The notes beneath the pieces were generated by a model. That model was not told the origin of the DNA, did not search any database, and saw only the letters and a program-made list of their open reading frames with translations. The position numbers and the translations under genes were made by a program. This document shows, piece by piece, positions 37,531 to 47,488 of a DNA stretch of 64,000 bases (position 1 is its first letter; each line of letters opens with the position of its first letter). This stretch comes from a virus (taxonomy: Duplodnaviria > Caudoviricetes). The stretch lies in IMG/VR virus record IMGVR_UViG_2918987250_000001, positions 32,001 to 96,000 of that record. One strand, written 5' to 3'.

Positions 37531-40500
37531 TTACTGGTTGAGCATGTTGCCGGGGCGCATCTGCGAGCGAAGCTCGTTCGCGACGATGCCCCGGATCATC
37601 CCTTCAGCGGCCTTGGCCGTCTGCTGGGCGAGATCCGCGTTCTGTTCGGGCGTTCCCCCGCTCGCGTTGACGGTGATCGCAGGGGCGATCGTGACGATGT
37701 TGGGCGCGGACGCTCCACCCATCGCCGCCATCTGCGCCTTGGTGAACACCCCCTCCCCGCGCTGGGCGATGATCGGCACCTCGTCGTGACCGATGACGCC
37801 GCCCGTGTGGAAGCGGGGCGCGCCGGAGAAGACCGACGGCGAGACGTTGCGGGTCATCGAGAAGCCGTCGCCCACCACGCCACCGGTGTGCATCGCGCCG
37901 AACAGCATGCTCAAACCGCCAGCGCCCTTGCTGGCGCCTCCGGTAGCCGCCGCCGTGCCAGCCTTGAGAAGCCCACCCATGCCGCCGCCGGCGCCGCCCT
38001 TCGCGCCGCCGAACATCTGGCTCATCATATACTTAAGGCCCATCTTGGTGATGTCCTTCGCGATGCTCTGGAAGAGCGAAGCGAAGTCGGCCTTACCCGT
38101 GGTGATGAAGTCGGCGAGGCCGTCGGCGGCGCTGTCCATCCAGCCCGTCATGGCCTTTTCCATGTTGTTGCCGAGGTCGGCCCACTCCTTCATCTGCCGC
38201 TGGACCGGCGAGGCGTTGGCGAGCTTGGCGCGCTCGGCCGCGATGCGCCGGGAGGCGTTCACCTCAGCCTGCGCGCGCGCCTCGGTCCCCTCCTCCGTCA
38301 TGGAGACGAGACCGTTCTGGCGCCGGACCTCGGCCTCGTAGGCAGCCTGGCGCGCCTGGTCGGCCGTCATGTTCTCGCGCTCGACCGCCTCGGTCTTCTT
38401 GCGCTCGGCCTGGAGCATCTCCGAGACCTCGACATCGCGCAGCTTGCGCATGCTGTCGGCCTGGCTCTGCGCGAGCGCGGAGACCTTGTCCTCGGTGAAG
38501 TCCTTGTGGCCGTCGGCCTGGAGACGCTTGGCCGCCTCGAGCACGCGCTCGTTCTCGGCCATCTTCCGGTAGTAGCTGTCCGACAGGGAGACATCGGTGC
38601 CGTTGGCCGCGTTGCGCTTCAGCGCAGCCGCCCGCTCGGCGAGCTCGATGCTCTCACGCTCGCGCGCCTCTTCGTTGGACGCGATCCGGGACCGGTCCTT
38701 CTGGTTCTTGGCGCGCTTGGCCTCGGCCTCGTCGAGGAGCTCGGCCGCCTGCAATGCCTTCTTGTAGCGCTCGCTCTCCGGGCTCTTGTCCGCGCCGTAG
38801 TCGCCGCGCTCGATCTGCTTGCGCAGCGCCGAGACACGCTTGCCGTAGCCGTCGGCGACGGACTCGGCCTCCTTCATGTTCTCGGTGAGCGTCTTCACCG
38901 CGTCCACGAGGCCGTTGTCGAACTCCGCCTGGTTGCGGCTCTGGATGAGCTTGCGCGCCTCGTCGAGCTTGCGCGCCTCGATCGGCGCGATGTTCTCCGG
39001 GATCGCCTGGACCGGGTCGTTGGCGTTGCGCGGCCGGTAGCTGCTGTCGCGCTGGACCGTGTTGCGGTCGCCCTGCGTGTCCCACTGGCCGTTCCAGATG
39101 TTGCGCGACTTCTGGGCGCCCTTGCCCGACTGGAGCGCCTCCCAGGTGCCCTGGAGCGCCTGGACGATCTTTTCGGAGAAGCCGTTGGCGACGAGCTCAG
39201 CCTCGAGGTCGCCACCGCCCGTGTTGCGGCGGTAGTCCTGCTTGGCGAGCTTCCACGCGGCCATGTCCTGGTTCTCGGGCGTGAAGGGCTGGCCTTCCAT
39301 CCCGAGGGACTTCCAGGTGTCGTAGACGATCTGGTAGCGGCCGGCGGCCGAGGAGCGCTTACCGTCCTTGGTGCGCTCGTAGATGCGCGGGTGCTGGTCG
39401 TAGCTGTCGAAGGTGGCGCCGCCCGACGGCGTGTAGCGGACGTTGTAGCGCCCACCCGACTCCGGCCCGGAGATCGCGTTCAAGAAGACGCGCGCGGCTG
39501 CCGACAGGTTCTTGGAGACGGCATCCATCGTGCCGGCGCCACCGACGCCGGTCGAGCCCGCGCCGGTGACGGCGCCTGCGATGTTCGGGAAGCTGACGCT
39601 GCCCGCGCCCGCGCCGATCCCCTTGAAGGCATTGGCGACGCCCTCGGCCTTCTCCTTGAGGGTGTCGAGCGTCTGGGCGGCCGTGGTGCCGAAGGAGGTG
39701 CGGATCGAGTTGCCGGCCGCGACCGCAGCCTCGCCGACGGCGTTGACCGTCGTGCGCATGGCGATCATGGCGCGCTCCATCGGGGTCGCACCGTTGCCGA
39801 CGCCCGCGTAGCCGCCCGAGTTGAGCTTGATGATGAGCTTGTCGTAGGCCGTGGCGTTGCGGTTCTGGGCCTCGAAGAGGTCCTGCTCGGCCTTCAGGCG
39901 AAGCGAGGACACGTCCTTGTCGAACGCCTGCTTGCCGGCCAGCAGCTCGTCCAGCTTCGACTTCTCGGCCTGGGCCTGGATGAGCTGCGCGATGAGCTCC
40001 TGGACCTTGCCGTTATCGACCGGGCCGAACTTGCCGTCCGCGAGCTTCGTCTGGAGCTCGTAGACCTCGGCCGACATGCCAGCCAGCGCCGCGCGCGAGC
40101 CGGCGATCCCCGCCTTGAGGTTGTCGAGCGCCTTGCCGCCCTTCTCGAGGAGCTTCTGCTCATCGACGAGCTTGGACGTGATCGGCACGCCGCGGGCGCG
40201 CGCCTCTTCGGCCTCGCGCTGAGCGCGCAGGGTCTCGAGCTGGCGCTTGGCGCCGTCCACCACGGCCTGCTGCTGCTGGAGCTCGATGCCGGTCTTGCCG
40301 ACAGCCGCCTTCTGGGCCTCTTCCAGGCCGCGCTGGTAGATCGTGATCTGGTCGTCGAGGACGGCGAGCGCGCGCGCCTTGGTCTGGTTCTTGTAGTCCT
40401 CCTCGAGCTTCGACGTAGAGCGCTTGGCCGCGGTCTCGCGGGCGAGCGCGTCACGCTGCGTCTCCTCGGCCTTGGTCGCCTCGAGGTCGCGCATACGGCG

Positions 40501-42171
40501 CACCTGGGTCGCCTGGTTGGCGAGCGCGTCGAGGCGGGTCCGGGCCAGCCGCTCGCCGGCGGCGACCTCGGCGTTGAACGAAGCGTCGCGGAGGAGCTGC
40601 TCGGCCTTGGCGAGCTCCTTCTCCTTGGCGCTGATCTCGCCGCCATAGACCACGTCGCCCGTGCGCCGGGCGTTTCCGGCCGGGGCCGCGGTTCCATTGA
40701 GGCGGTCGCGGCGCGCCTTCAGGCGATCGAGCTCGGCGCCGGCCTCGGCGACCGACTTGCGGAAGATGTCGAGGCTCTGCTTCGAGGCAGCGCCGCCGAA
40801 CTTCTCCACGTCGTCGCGCGCCTCGCGCGCCTTCTGGCCGAACACGTCGAAGTAGTAGGCCGCGGCCATGATGCCGGCGCCGGCAATCGCCAGGATCGGG
40901 GCGAGCTCGGCGACCATGACCACGAGGCCGCGCACACCGATGCCGGCGCCGCGGGCGATGGCCGAGAAGCCTTCCATGTGGGTGCCGGCGCCCGCGAACG
41001 CCGTCTGGGCGAGGGCGAACTCGGCCCGCATCGCGCCCAGCTCACGCCGGAACACGCCGGCCTGGGTTGCGGCCACGTTGAGCGAGGAGGCCATGGCGTT
41101 GAGCGCCTGGAAGGTCTTGGTCGCACCGAAGGCATAGACCAGCACCGTGCCGGCCTCGAGGATCTCGCCCCGGAACTCGACCACCTTGCGGATGGCACCG
41201 TCGATGAAGCCCACGAGCGAGGCCAGGCCCGAGCCGACCTGCTGCGACAGGCCGCCGGCCAGGAGGTTGCCCTGCTTGTCGTAGAGGCCCTTGATCTGCG
41301 GGCTCTCCATGAGAGCGATCAGGTCGCGCGCGCCCTTCTTGGCAGCGTCGAAGAAACCGGCCTCGCCGGTGTTCTCGGCCAAATTCTGCATGCCCGTGGC
41401 GAGACGCGCCATCAGGCCGTTCCAGGTGTCCATCTGGGCCTGGGCCGCGCCGCCGAAGGTGCGCTCGAACTCGGCGTTGAGGCCTTCCAGGGCGCGCTTG
41501 GACTCGACGGTGCCGGTGGAGATCGCCTTGACGAGCTGGCCGTAGGTGACGCCCATCGAGCGGGCGAGAAGCTCGGTCGCGCGCGGCACGGCCTCGCCGA
41601 GCTGCTGGCGCAGCTCTTCCATCTGGATCACGCCCTTGCCGGCCATCTGCGTGATGGCGAGCGAGGCGCGCTTCATCACCTCCTCGGAGCCACCGAAGGA
41701 GGCCACGGCGTCCACCAGGCCCTTCATGCCGCCCTTGAGCGGGTCGATGCCGGCCGCCTTCATCTGGGTGAAGACGCCGGTGATGGCCTGGAGCGAATAG
41801 GGGGTGGTGCGGGCGAACTCGCGCAGGTCGCGGAGCTGCTGGTTGGCGTCCTTGAGCGGGTCGGCCGCGGTGGACATGCCGCGCAGCAGCGTGCGCAGGC
41901 GCTCGAACTCGGCGTTGACCTTGATGATCTCGGAGGCCCAGCCGGTCGTGGCCGAGCGCACGAAGTTGATCGCGGACGAAGCCTGGCCGAGCACGACGGT
42001 CACGTCGCGCAGGGTGCCGAGGAAGCTGCCGCTCGCGCCCTGGAGCGCGTTGATCGACGTGACGCCCTGGCCGACCTGACGTTCGAACGTCTGGATCGAC
42101 TGGCCGGCACGCAGCATCCGGGTCGTAAAGGAGCCGTCATCGAGCTCCAGCTCAACCCGGATCGCGGTCAT
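37531..42171 (-). CDS. tape measure protein with internal lysozyme-like domain
   Basis: Tape-measure domain (FARTTPY, QM.GKG.I.MEELRQQLGE); lambda-H-like C-terminus; SSAAGRYQ..DTW...FTPENQD. Confidence 0.92.
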   Translation of the reverse strand: MTAIRVELELDDGSFTTRMLRAGQSIQTFERQVGQGVTSINALQGASGSFLGTLRDVTVVLGQASSAINFVRSATTGWASEIIKVNAEFERLRTLLRGMSTAADPLKDANQQLRDLREFARTTPYSLQAITGVFTQMKAAGIDPLKGGMKGLVDAVASFGGSEEVMKRASLAITQMAGKGVIQMEELRQQLGEAVPRATELLARSMGVTYGQLVKAISTGTVESKRALEGLNAEFERTFGGAAQAQMDTWNGLMARLATGMQNLAENTGEAGFFDAAKKGARDLIALMESPQIKGLYDKQGNLLAGGLSQQVGSGLASLVGFIDGAIRKVVEFRGEILEAGTVLVYAFGATKTFQALNAMASSLNVAATQAGVFRRELGAMRAEFALAQTAFAGAGTHMEGFSAIARGAGIGVRGLVVMVAELAPILAIAGAGIMAAAYYFDVFGQKAREARDDVEKFGGAASKQSLDIFRKSVAEAGAELDRLKARRDRLNGTAAPAGNARRTGDVVYGGEISAKEKELAKAEQLLRDASFNAEVAAGERLARTRLDALANQATQVRRMRDLEATKAEETQRDALARETAAKRSTSKLEEDYKNQTKARALAVLDDQITIYQRGLEEAQKAAVGKTGIELQQQQAVVDGAKRQLETLRAQREAEEARARGVPITSKLVDEQKLLEKGGKALDNLKAGIAGSRAALAGMSAEVYELQTKLADGKFGPVDNGKVQELIAQLIQAQAEKSKLDELLAGKQAFDKDVSSLRLKAEQDLFEAQNRNATAYDKLIIKLNSGGYAGVGNGATPMERAMIAMRTTVNAVGEAAVAAGNSIRTSFGTTAAQTLDTLKEKAEGVANAFKGIGAGAGSVSFPNIAGAVTGAGSTGVGGAGTMDAVSKNLSAAARVFLNAISGPESGGRYNVRYTPSGGATFDSYDQHPRIYERTKDGKRSSAAGRYQIVYDTWKSLGMEGQPFTPENQDMAAWKLAKQDYRRNTGGGDLEAELVANGFSEKIVQALQGTWEALQSGKGAQKSRNIWNGQWDTQGDRNTVQRDSSYRPRNANDPVQAIPENIAPIEARKLDEARKLIQSRNQAEFDNGLVDAVKTLTENMKEAESVADGYGKRVSALRKQIERGDYGADKSPESERYKKALQAAELLDEAEAKRAKNQKDRSRIASNEEARERESIELAERAAALKRNAANGTDVSLSDSYYRKMAENERVLEAAKRLQADGHKDFTEDKVSALAQSQADSMRKLRDVEVSEMLQAERKKTEAVERENMTADQARQAAYEAEVRRQNGLVSMTEEGTEARAQAEVNASRRIAAERAKLANASPVQRQMKEWADLGNNMEKAMTGWMDSAADGLADFITTGKADFASLFQSIAKDITKMGLKYMMSQMFGGAKGGAGGGMGGLLKAGTAAATGGASKGAGGLSMLFGAMHTGGVVGDGFSMTRNVSPSVFSGAPRFHTGGVIGHDEVPIIAQRGEGVFTKAQMAAMGGASAPNIVTIAPAITVNASGGTPEQNADLAQQTAKAAEGMIRGIVANELRSQMRPGNMLNQ

Positions 42172-42514
42172 GTTCGTGCCCTTCCCATCGCCTTGAGTTC
42201 AGCGAGGCCGGCGCGATCGAGCTGCTCTTCCTGTGCGATCTCGGCGATGGCGTCGGGCGACTGCCGGACGATGGTTCCCACCTGCCTCTGCAACCGTTCG
42301 ATGAGCGCCCCGTAGGCCTCACCGCTCGATGCAGCCGACATCACCTGGAGGAGCCGAAGGTCGAGTTCGGCCTGAAGGCGGTCGATGTTCTTGGAGAAGA
42401 GCCAGAAGGTCTTGAGCGGCATGCTCATGACCTCCCGGAAGCTCATCCCGTAGTGCTTGGAGACGCGCGAGACGAGAAAGCCGAAATCGACCGCCTCTAC
42501 GCCTGCGCCGCGGG
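42168..42514 (-). CDS. tail assembly chaperone T (C-terminal part of the GT frameshift product)
   Basis: The -1 frame after the slippery site reads ARGAGVEAVDFGFLVSRVSKHYGMSFREVM..., in frame with ORF 42168..42446. Confidence 0.8.
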
Positions 42515-42856
42515 CTTTCCCTCGGCGACCGCCTGGGCCTCGGCCTCGCCCTGCACCTGGTTGGTGCCGTCGTGACCCTGGGCCACGCCCACGAGCTTGT
42601 TCAGGTTGACCAGCGGCACCTTGCCGAGGAGCTCGATGTCCATGGTCGGGAAGGCCCGGACGATGATCTCCTTCAGGCCCTTCACCTCGGCCTCGAGATC
42701 GCCACCCTTGCCGAGCGCGGCGAGCAGCTTGGTGTTCTTGACGAAGTCGTCCACCGACACGGGCACGAGCTTGTGCTCCTTGCCGCCGAGCAGGACGGTC
42801 ACGTCGGGGAAGTTATCGACCGCGTCGAGGTCGATCAGGTTGGTCTGCGAGGCCAT
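42497..42856 (-). CDS. tail assembly chaperone G
   Basis: Between tail tube and tape measure genes; ATG at 42856. Confidence 0.8.
   Translation of the reverse strand: MASQTNLIDLDAVDNFPDVTVLLGGKEHKLVPVSVDDFVKNTKLLAALGKGGDLEAEVKGLKEIIVRAFPTMDIELLGKVPLVNLNKLVGVAQGHDGTNQVQGEAEAQAVAEGKPAAQA
42515..42521 (-). other. -1 programmed ribosomal frameshift site G GGA AAG
   Basis: Lambda-type GGGAAAG heptamer encoding Gly-Lys near the end of G. Confidence 0.85.
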
Positions 42857-42947
42857 GGTGTCCTGGGTGTTTCCGAGGGGTTGCGACTTGCCCCAGGCGA
42901 TCCGGGGCAAGTCAGTGGTGACTTATCTTGCCCCGCAGGGCAAGAGG

Positions 42948-43478
42948 TTAGGCAGCGGAGACGGTCTCGTCGCCGGCGATGAACAGCGTGCCGTCCGTCG
43001 CGTTCGGGTAGCCCTTGAACGTGCAGTTGAAGATCCGCTCGTTCTCGAGCTGGTAGGCGAACTGGAGGCCGCCCGCGGTCGCTGCCAGCGGAATGGTGAA
43101 GTCGTCCGACAGGTCGTCGAGCGCATTCGCCTTCGGATGGAAGCGCAGCTCCTTGGCGATCTTCAGGAGCGAGGTGCCGACGGCGTTCGGGACCACGACC
43201 TTCTTGCGGTTCGGGTCGGCCTTGTCCGCCACCAGCTTCGCGCCCGGCATGATCTTGACCATGTTGTCGAGCGTGGTCTCGGCGAGCGGCACCTTCGCCG
43301 TCACCGTGCGGCCCATGATGACCTCGTCGATCGGCGACTTGCCGAACTGGTCCACCTGGACCTCGTGGGTTTCGGTCGCGACTTCCACCTCGACGCCACC
43401 CTTGGTGTAGCCGAGATCGGTGTCGCCGAAGAAGACAAGGCAGACGCCCAGCTTCACGTTCTTGGTGTCAGAGGCCAT
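42948..43478 (-). CDS. major tail tube protein
   Basis: MASDTKNVKLG...DLGYTKGGVEV...VDQFG; position. Confidence 0.85.
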   Translation of the reverse strand: MASDTKNVKLGVCLVFFGDTDLGYTKGGVEVEVATETHEVQVDQFGKSPIDEVIMGRTVTAKVPLAETTLDNMVKIMPGAKLVADKADPNRKKVVVPNAVGTSLLKIAKELRFHPKANALDDLSDDFTIPLAATAGGLQFAYQLENERIFNCTFKGYPNATDGTLFIAGDETVSAA

Positions 43479-43559
43479 CGTAAACTCTCCTGCGCTGAGC
43501 CCGTCAGTCGGTTTTGGATCCAAACCTGCTCACGCAAAGTGAGTCAGTGCTGACTTATT

Positions 43560-43958
43560 CTAGCGGAGCACGTAGGAGGCGTCCATATTGATCGACCACT
43601 CCTTCCCGTTTCCTTCGGAGCGCGGATAGATGATCGGCAGGGTCTTGGGCCGCATGTGGTTGATGAAGAGCACCTCGCGGCCTTCCTTATCGACCAGACC
43701 GTGCCGGTAGAGCGTGAGCGCATCCATCACCCGCTTTGCCAGCCGGTCGCCATCCTCGGCCTTCTGGGCGCGCACGATCGCCTGGACCTTGCCGCGGAAG
43801 TAGCCCGGCAGCTCGTGGTCGATGTCGATGCCCTGGAGCGGCAGCTTCAGGAGCACGCCGGTGCGGCAGTCGGCCGGCATCTGGTCCTCGAAGATGTCGA
43901 TGCCGGGCGTGCCGATGCCGCGCAGCTCGAGGAAGTCGGCGAGGAGATCGAGGCGCAT
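43560..43958 (-). CDS. tail terminator / minor capsid-like protein
   Basis: Position; IDHELPGY motif. Confidence 0.7.
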   Translation of the reverse strand: MRLDLLADFLELRGIGTPGIDIFEDQMPADCRTGVLLKLPLQGIDIDHELPGYFRGKVQAIVRAQKAEDGDRLAKRVMDALTLYRHGLVDKEGREVLFINHMRPKTLPIIYPRSEGNGKEWSINMDASYVLR

Positions 43959-44410
43959 CAGATGCTCTTTCCGTTGATGCCGCGCAGGACGGCCTGGATC
44001 AGGGAGGGGCGAAGCTTGCCCTCGACGGCCTCGACGGCGCGCTCGAGGAACTTCTCGCCGATGAAGCGGCCGGGGTTGGCGTCGCGCTTGGCGATCGTGC
44101 CCTTGCCGGGGTTCATCGAGCCGTAGTTCTCGTGGATCTGCATGGCGTATTCGTCCACGTTCACGCCGTTGACGATGCCGCCGACCTCGATGTCGATCTT
44201 GAGCCGCTTGCGGAAGGTGCTCTGGTAGGAGATGCGCTTGCGGATCGCCTGCTCGAGGTTGTGCTTGTCCACGGGCGCGTTGAGCACCGCCTCCTCGATG
44301 ATCTTGTCGGCGTTGCGGTGCATCACCTTGCGGGCGTTGTCGGGCACCTTCTCACCGATGTTGAGGAGCTCGGCGAGCAGGCTCTTGGTGCCTGCCACCT
44401 GCATCTTCAT
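43958..44410 (-). CDS. HK97 gp10-like neck/tail-completion protein
   Basis: APVDKHNLEQAI, YAMQIHE, KFLERA; the real start is near 44410, not the ORF-track start. Confidence 0.75.
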   Translation of the reverse strand: MKMQVAGTKSLLAELLNIGEKVPDNARKVMHRNADKIIEEAVLNAPVDKHNLEQAIRKRISYQSTFRKRLKIDIEVGGIVNGVNVDEYAMQIHENYGSMNPGKGTIAKRDANPGRFIGEKFLERAVEAVEGKLRPSLIQAVLRGINGKSI

Positions 44411-44412
44411 CC

Positions 44413-44790
44413 TCACAGCTCGTTCCCCCGGTCGTCGGCGTCCCAGAACACGAGGGCGACCTCGTAGTGGTCGAGCTTGCCGAAGGTGTCGAAGCGCGGC
44501 GTGACAGCCTCGATACGCAGCACGGTCTCGGCCACGACGAAGCGATCTCCCCTCCCCGGCTTGGCCGCGACCTGGAACAGGATCTTGGCGGCGGCGACCT
44601 CCTCCTCCGCGTTGCCGCGGCTGGCCGAGGAATCCGTGCGCACGCTCGTCTTCTCGATCTTGGGCGTCAGGCTCAGCACATCGACCCGGCAGCGGATCGC
44701 GCTCTCGGAGTAGCGCGGCTCGCCCCGGCGCGTGGAGCCGATCAGACGGGTGAGGAAGCCGGTGTTGTTGCCGACCAGGGAGAAGCTCAT
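44413..44790 (-). CDS. head closure/adaptor protein
   Basis: KTSVRTDSSASRG; position. Confidence 0.65.
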   Translation of the reverse strand: MSFSLVGNNTGFLTRLIGSTRRGEPRYSESAIRCRVDVLSLTPKIEKTSVRTDSSASRGNAEEEVAAAKILFQVAAKPGRGDRFVVAETVLRIEAVTPRFDTFGKLDHYEVALVFWDADDRGNEL

Positions 44791-44796
44791 GGGGCT

Positions 44797-45570
44797 CTAG
44801 CTCCGGTGCTGCTCGGGCACGCGCAGGACGGCCTCGGCGTTGGGGTGGAAGATGTCGTTGCGAATCTCGCCGTAGGCCGGCAGCGCCGTGTTCGAGCCGA
44901 GCGCGACGAGCTGGCCGTGGACGCCGGCCTTGGCGTGAGCGTGCTCGATCTGCGCGGTGCCGATGCCGTGGGCGGCCAGCACCGTGAGCGTGACCTCGTT
45001 GAAGACCGACAGGAGCGCCTGGCGCCAGGTCGAGCGCACGAACAGGCGCGAGGGCCACTTGCCGTTGCGCCGGTCCCGGAAATGGAAAGCCGGGGCCTCG
45101 CGCGAGGAGAACTGGTGCTCCAGCAGCGCCCGGCGCAGCGAGGTGCCGGCCGCCTGGGCGTTGAGGCGCGCGTGCAGGAAGGTCTGCCGAATGGCCTGCT
45201 GAAGCTGCGCGATGTCGCGCTCGATCTGAATGGTGATCTCGCGCAGGAGATAGCTCGCCGTCGCGCTCAGCGTCTCGCTGGCAGCGTCCTCGAGTTCGAG
45301 CGTGTCGTCGCTCCCCAGGTCGTCGTTTGCCGCTGAGAGAGCGTCTGACGCGATCTCCCCGAACGCTGCCTTCACGGCCTCGGTCTCCTTCTCGAGGAAG
45401 AGCCGCGACAGGTCGTAGGCGCGCGTCGCCGCGCGGGCGATGACGGAGGCGTTGCCGGCGTCGCGGGCGCCGATCGCTTCGGCGTAGATGATGGACAGGC
45501 CGTCCACGAAGGTCTGGTAGCGGGCACCCGCGGCGTCGGCCGCGGGCGTCATCTTCTGGGTCGTAATCAC
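44797..45570 (-). CDS. hypothetical head-associated protein
   Basis: FRDRRNGKW, IFHPN; head-completion cluster. Confidence 0.6.
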   Translation of the reverse strand: MITTQKMTPAADAAGARYQTFVDGLSIIYAEAIGARDAGNASVIARAATRAYDLSRLFLEKETEAVKAAFGEIASDALSAANDDLGSDDTLELEDAASETLSATASYLLREITIQIERDIAQLQQAIRQTFLHARLNAQAAGTSLRRALLEHQFSSREAPAFHFRDRRNGKWPSRLFVRSTWRQALLSVFNEVTLTVLAAHGIGTAQIEHAHAKAGVHGQLVALGSNTALPAYGEIRNDIFHPNAEAVLRVPEQHRS

Positions 45571-46379
45571 GAGCGGCTGATCCGGGCGCGGATCTCGATG
45601 AAGCCGGACAGGTGCTCCAGCGTCTCGCGCGAGACGCCGAGATCCAGCGGCTTGCCCGAGCGGAACATCGCCGAGCTCTCACCCGTGGTCTTCGACAGGA
45701 GCCCGGAGGCGCGGTGATCCTCGGCCGTGCCGACGGTGAGGATGGCGTTGGCCTCCTGCACCTGCGCGCGGGCGAGCGCCTTGCGGAACTGCGGGTTGAA
45801 GCGCTCGAAGTCGTCGGGCGTCATCGCCTGCCACTCGCGCGGCGCGACGTGCTCGATCGGCCCGGAGATGGCGTTGAAGTTGACCTCGTCGCCGTCGTCG
45901 TAGCCGGCCGGGTAGACCCGGTAGCCGAAGCGCGTGAGCCGGTTGTAGGCCTCGATCAGCGCCGGCTCGCGCTGGCTCTGCTCGGCCATGACCCATGCGT
46001 CGAGCCGCGGCAGGTCCTCGGCGACCACGAGCAGACGCTCGTAGGTGGCGAAGGAGTTGACGAGGTGGCGCAGCCGCAGCGCGGCCCGGATCATGTAGCT
46101 GTGGCGCAGGTCGAACGCGCCGTCGGCCGTGGTGAGCTCGACCTCGAGGGTGCGCACGCCGACGGCCTCGCCGGGCGCGAGCACGTTGGCTGCGGCCGGC
46201 ACGACGTAGACGAGCTCCTCGTCCTCGAGCGAGGCCGTGGGGATCTCAGGCCCATGCAGAATGCGGCCGTCCTCATCGAGGACGGTCACGATGATCCCGG
46301 TCGGCGTCACCGCGACGCCCGAGGCGTTCTGGAACGGGACCGTGAGAGTGGTGGCGATGCCGGCCGGGAGGTTCTTCAT
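45567..46379 (-). CDS. putative head-tail connector protein
   Basis: LVNSF.T; AQVQEA; GLLSKTTGESS. Confidence 0.65.
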   Translation of the reverse strand: MKNLPAGIATTLTVPFQNASGVAVTPTGIIVTVLDEDGRILHGPEIPTASLEDEELVYVVPAAANVLAPGEAVGVRTLEVELTTADGAFDLRHSYMIRAALRLRHLVNSFATYERLLVVAEDLPRLDAWVMAEQSQREPALIEAYNRLTRFGYRVYPAGYDDGDEVNFNAISGPIEHVAPREWQAMTPDDFERFNPQFRKALARAQVQEANAILTVGTAEDHRASGLLSKTTGESSAMFRSGKPLDLGVSRETLEHLSGFIEIRARISRS

Positions 46380-46385
46380 CGGAGC

Positions 46386-47135
46386 TTACGCCTCGCTGTC
46401 CGCGCCGGGGCCGGCGTCGGAGTTCTGCGGGTCGCGGTCGGCCGGCGGCGTGGCGTTGGCCTTCTCCGCCTCGACAGCCAGGCGCGCCTTCTCGGCTTCC
46501 GCCTCAGCCTCAGCCTGCTTGGCGGCGTTCTCGGCCTCGAGCGCCTCGCGAGCGGCCTTCTGCTCGTCGGTCTCGGCCGGCTCGCTGCCGGTGCCGGTCT
46601 CGTCGGTCTCGACGACCTCGTCGGGCGCGTCCGTCTTGGTCGCGTCCTCGCGCACCAGGGCGCCGGAAGCCTCGAGCTGCGCCTTGCGCTTCAGCTCTTC
46701 CTTCAGGATGACCTGGATCGCCTTGTTGATCGACGTGGCCTTGAGGCCGAGCGGCTCCATCACGGCGCGCAGGCCGATGATGCCCCTGGCCTCGGCGATC
46801 TTCTCCAGGTCCTCCTTGGTGTGGAAGACGATCTCGGAGGTGTCGGCCTTCGCCGGGGCGGCCGGGGCCGGTGCGTCGGTGGCGCGGGCGAGCTCGACCA
46901 GCATGGGCGCGGCCATCGACATGGTGCCGTTGGTGAGCATCTGGTGCTGGAGCGCCGGGTTCACGCCGGTCTCTTCGCCGATCTCATCGACCGTCACGAG
47001 CGAGAGCGAGGCGCCGATGATCGCGATGTGGCGCGCGTTGACGGACTCGACCGAGATCCCGCCCTCGAACAGGGTGGTCCCGATTTCGCCGGTGAAGCCG
47101 TCCCAGCCGGGCTGGGTGATCTTGATGCGCGGCAT
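46386..47135 (-). CDS. hypothetical protein (acidic, Ala-rich)
   Basis: MPRIKITQPGWDGFTG..G..F..G.S; downstream of capsid gene. Confidence 0.65.
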   Translation of the reverse strand: MPRIKITQPGWDGFTGEIGTTLFEGGISVESVNARHIAIIGASLSLVTVDEIGEETGVNPALQHQMLTNGTMSMAAPMLVELARATDAPAPAAPAKADTSEIVFHTKEDLEKIAEARGIIGLRAVMEPLGLKATSINKAIQVILKEELKRKAQLEASGALVREDATKTDAPDEVVETDETGTGSEPAETDEQKAAREALEAENAAKQAEAEAEAEKARLAVEAEKANATPPADRDPQNSDAGPGADSEA

Positions 47136-47139
47136 GGGC

Positions 47140-47400
47140 TTATTCGCCTCCAATCATCTGCTGGAGCTCGCCGGAATTGTCGGCCAGGGCGAGCTGGGTG
47201 AAGCCGCCGACCAGCCGGTCGCCGACGAAGATCTGCGGGACGGGGAACTTGTCGGCCCCGAGGCGCTCGACGAGCGCGGCGCGCGCGGCGCTGTCCTGGG
47301 TGAGGTCCGTGTAGGAGTGGTCGTAGGCGCGGGTCTCGCAGAGAGCCTTCGCGCGGGCGCACCAGACGCAGTCCGGCTGGCCGAAGATGCGGATCTGCAT
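47140..47400 (-). CDS. glutaredoxin
   Basis: CVWC active site, VPQIFV, VGGF. Confidence 0.9.
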   Translation of the reverse strand: MQIRIFGQPDCVWCARAKALCETRAYDHSYTDLTQDSAARAALVERLGADKFPVPQIFVGDRLVGGFTQLALADNSGELQQMIGGE

Positions 47401-47426
47401 CTGGGGTCCTTGGGTTCGAGGCACAG

Positions 47427-47454
47427 AAAAGGGGCGAGGATTGCTCCCCGCCCC
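47427..47454 (-). terminator. intrinsic terminator after major capsid gene
   Basis: GGGGCG..CGCCCC-TTTT. Confidence 0.65.
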
Positions 47455-47457
47455 TCA

Positions 47458-47486
47458 ATAGTAAGTCAGTGGTGACTTACCTTCAA
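47458..47486 (-). promoter_or_regulatory. sigma70-type promoter with palindromic operator as spacer
   Basis: TTGAAG-GTAAGTCACCACTGACT(17)-TACTAT. Confidence 0.6.
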
Positions 47487-47488
47487 GC

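Noticed and set aside
43958-45682. 574-aa ORF as a single gene; likewise the long N-terminal extensions of 35588..37135, 53580..54719 and 13912..15138
   Set aside because: The upstream portions overlap genuine genes in other frames; the real starts are near 44410, 36403, 54536 and 15045.
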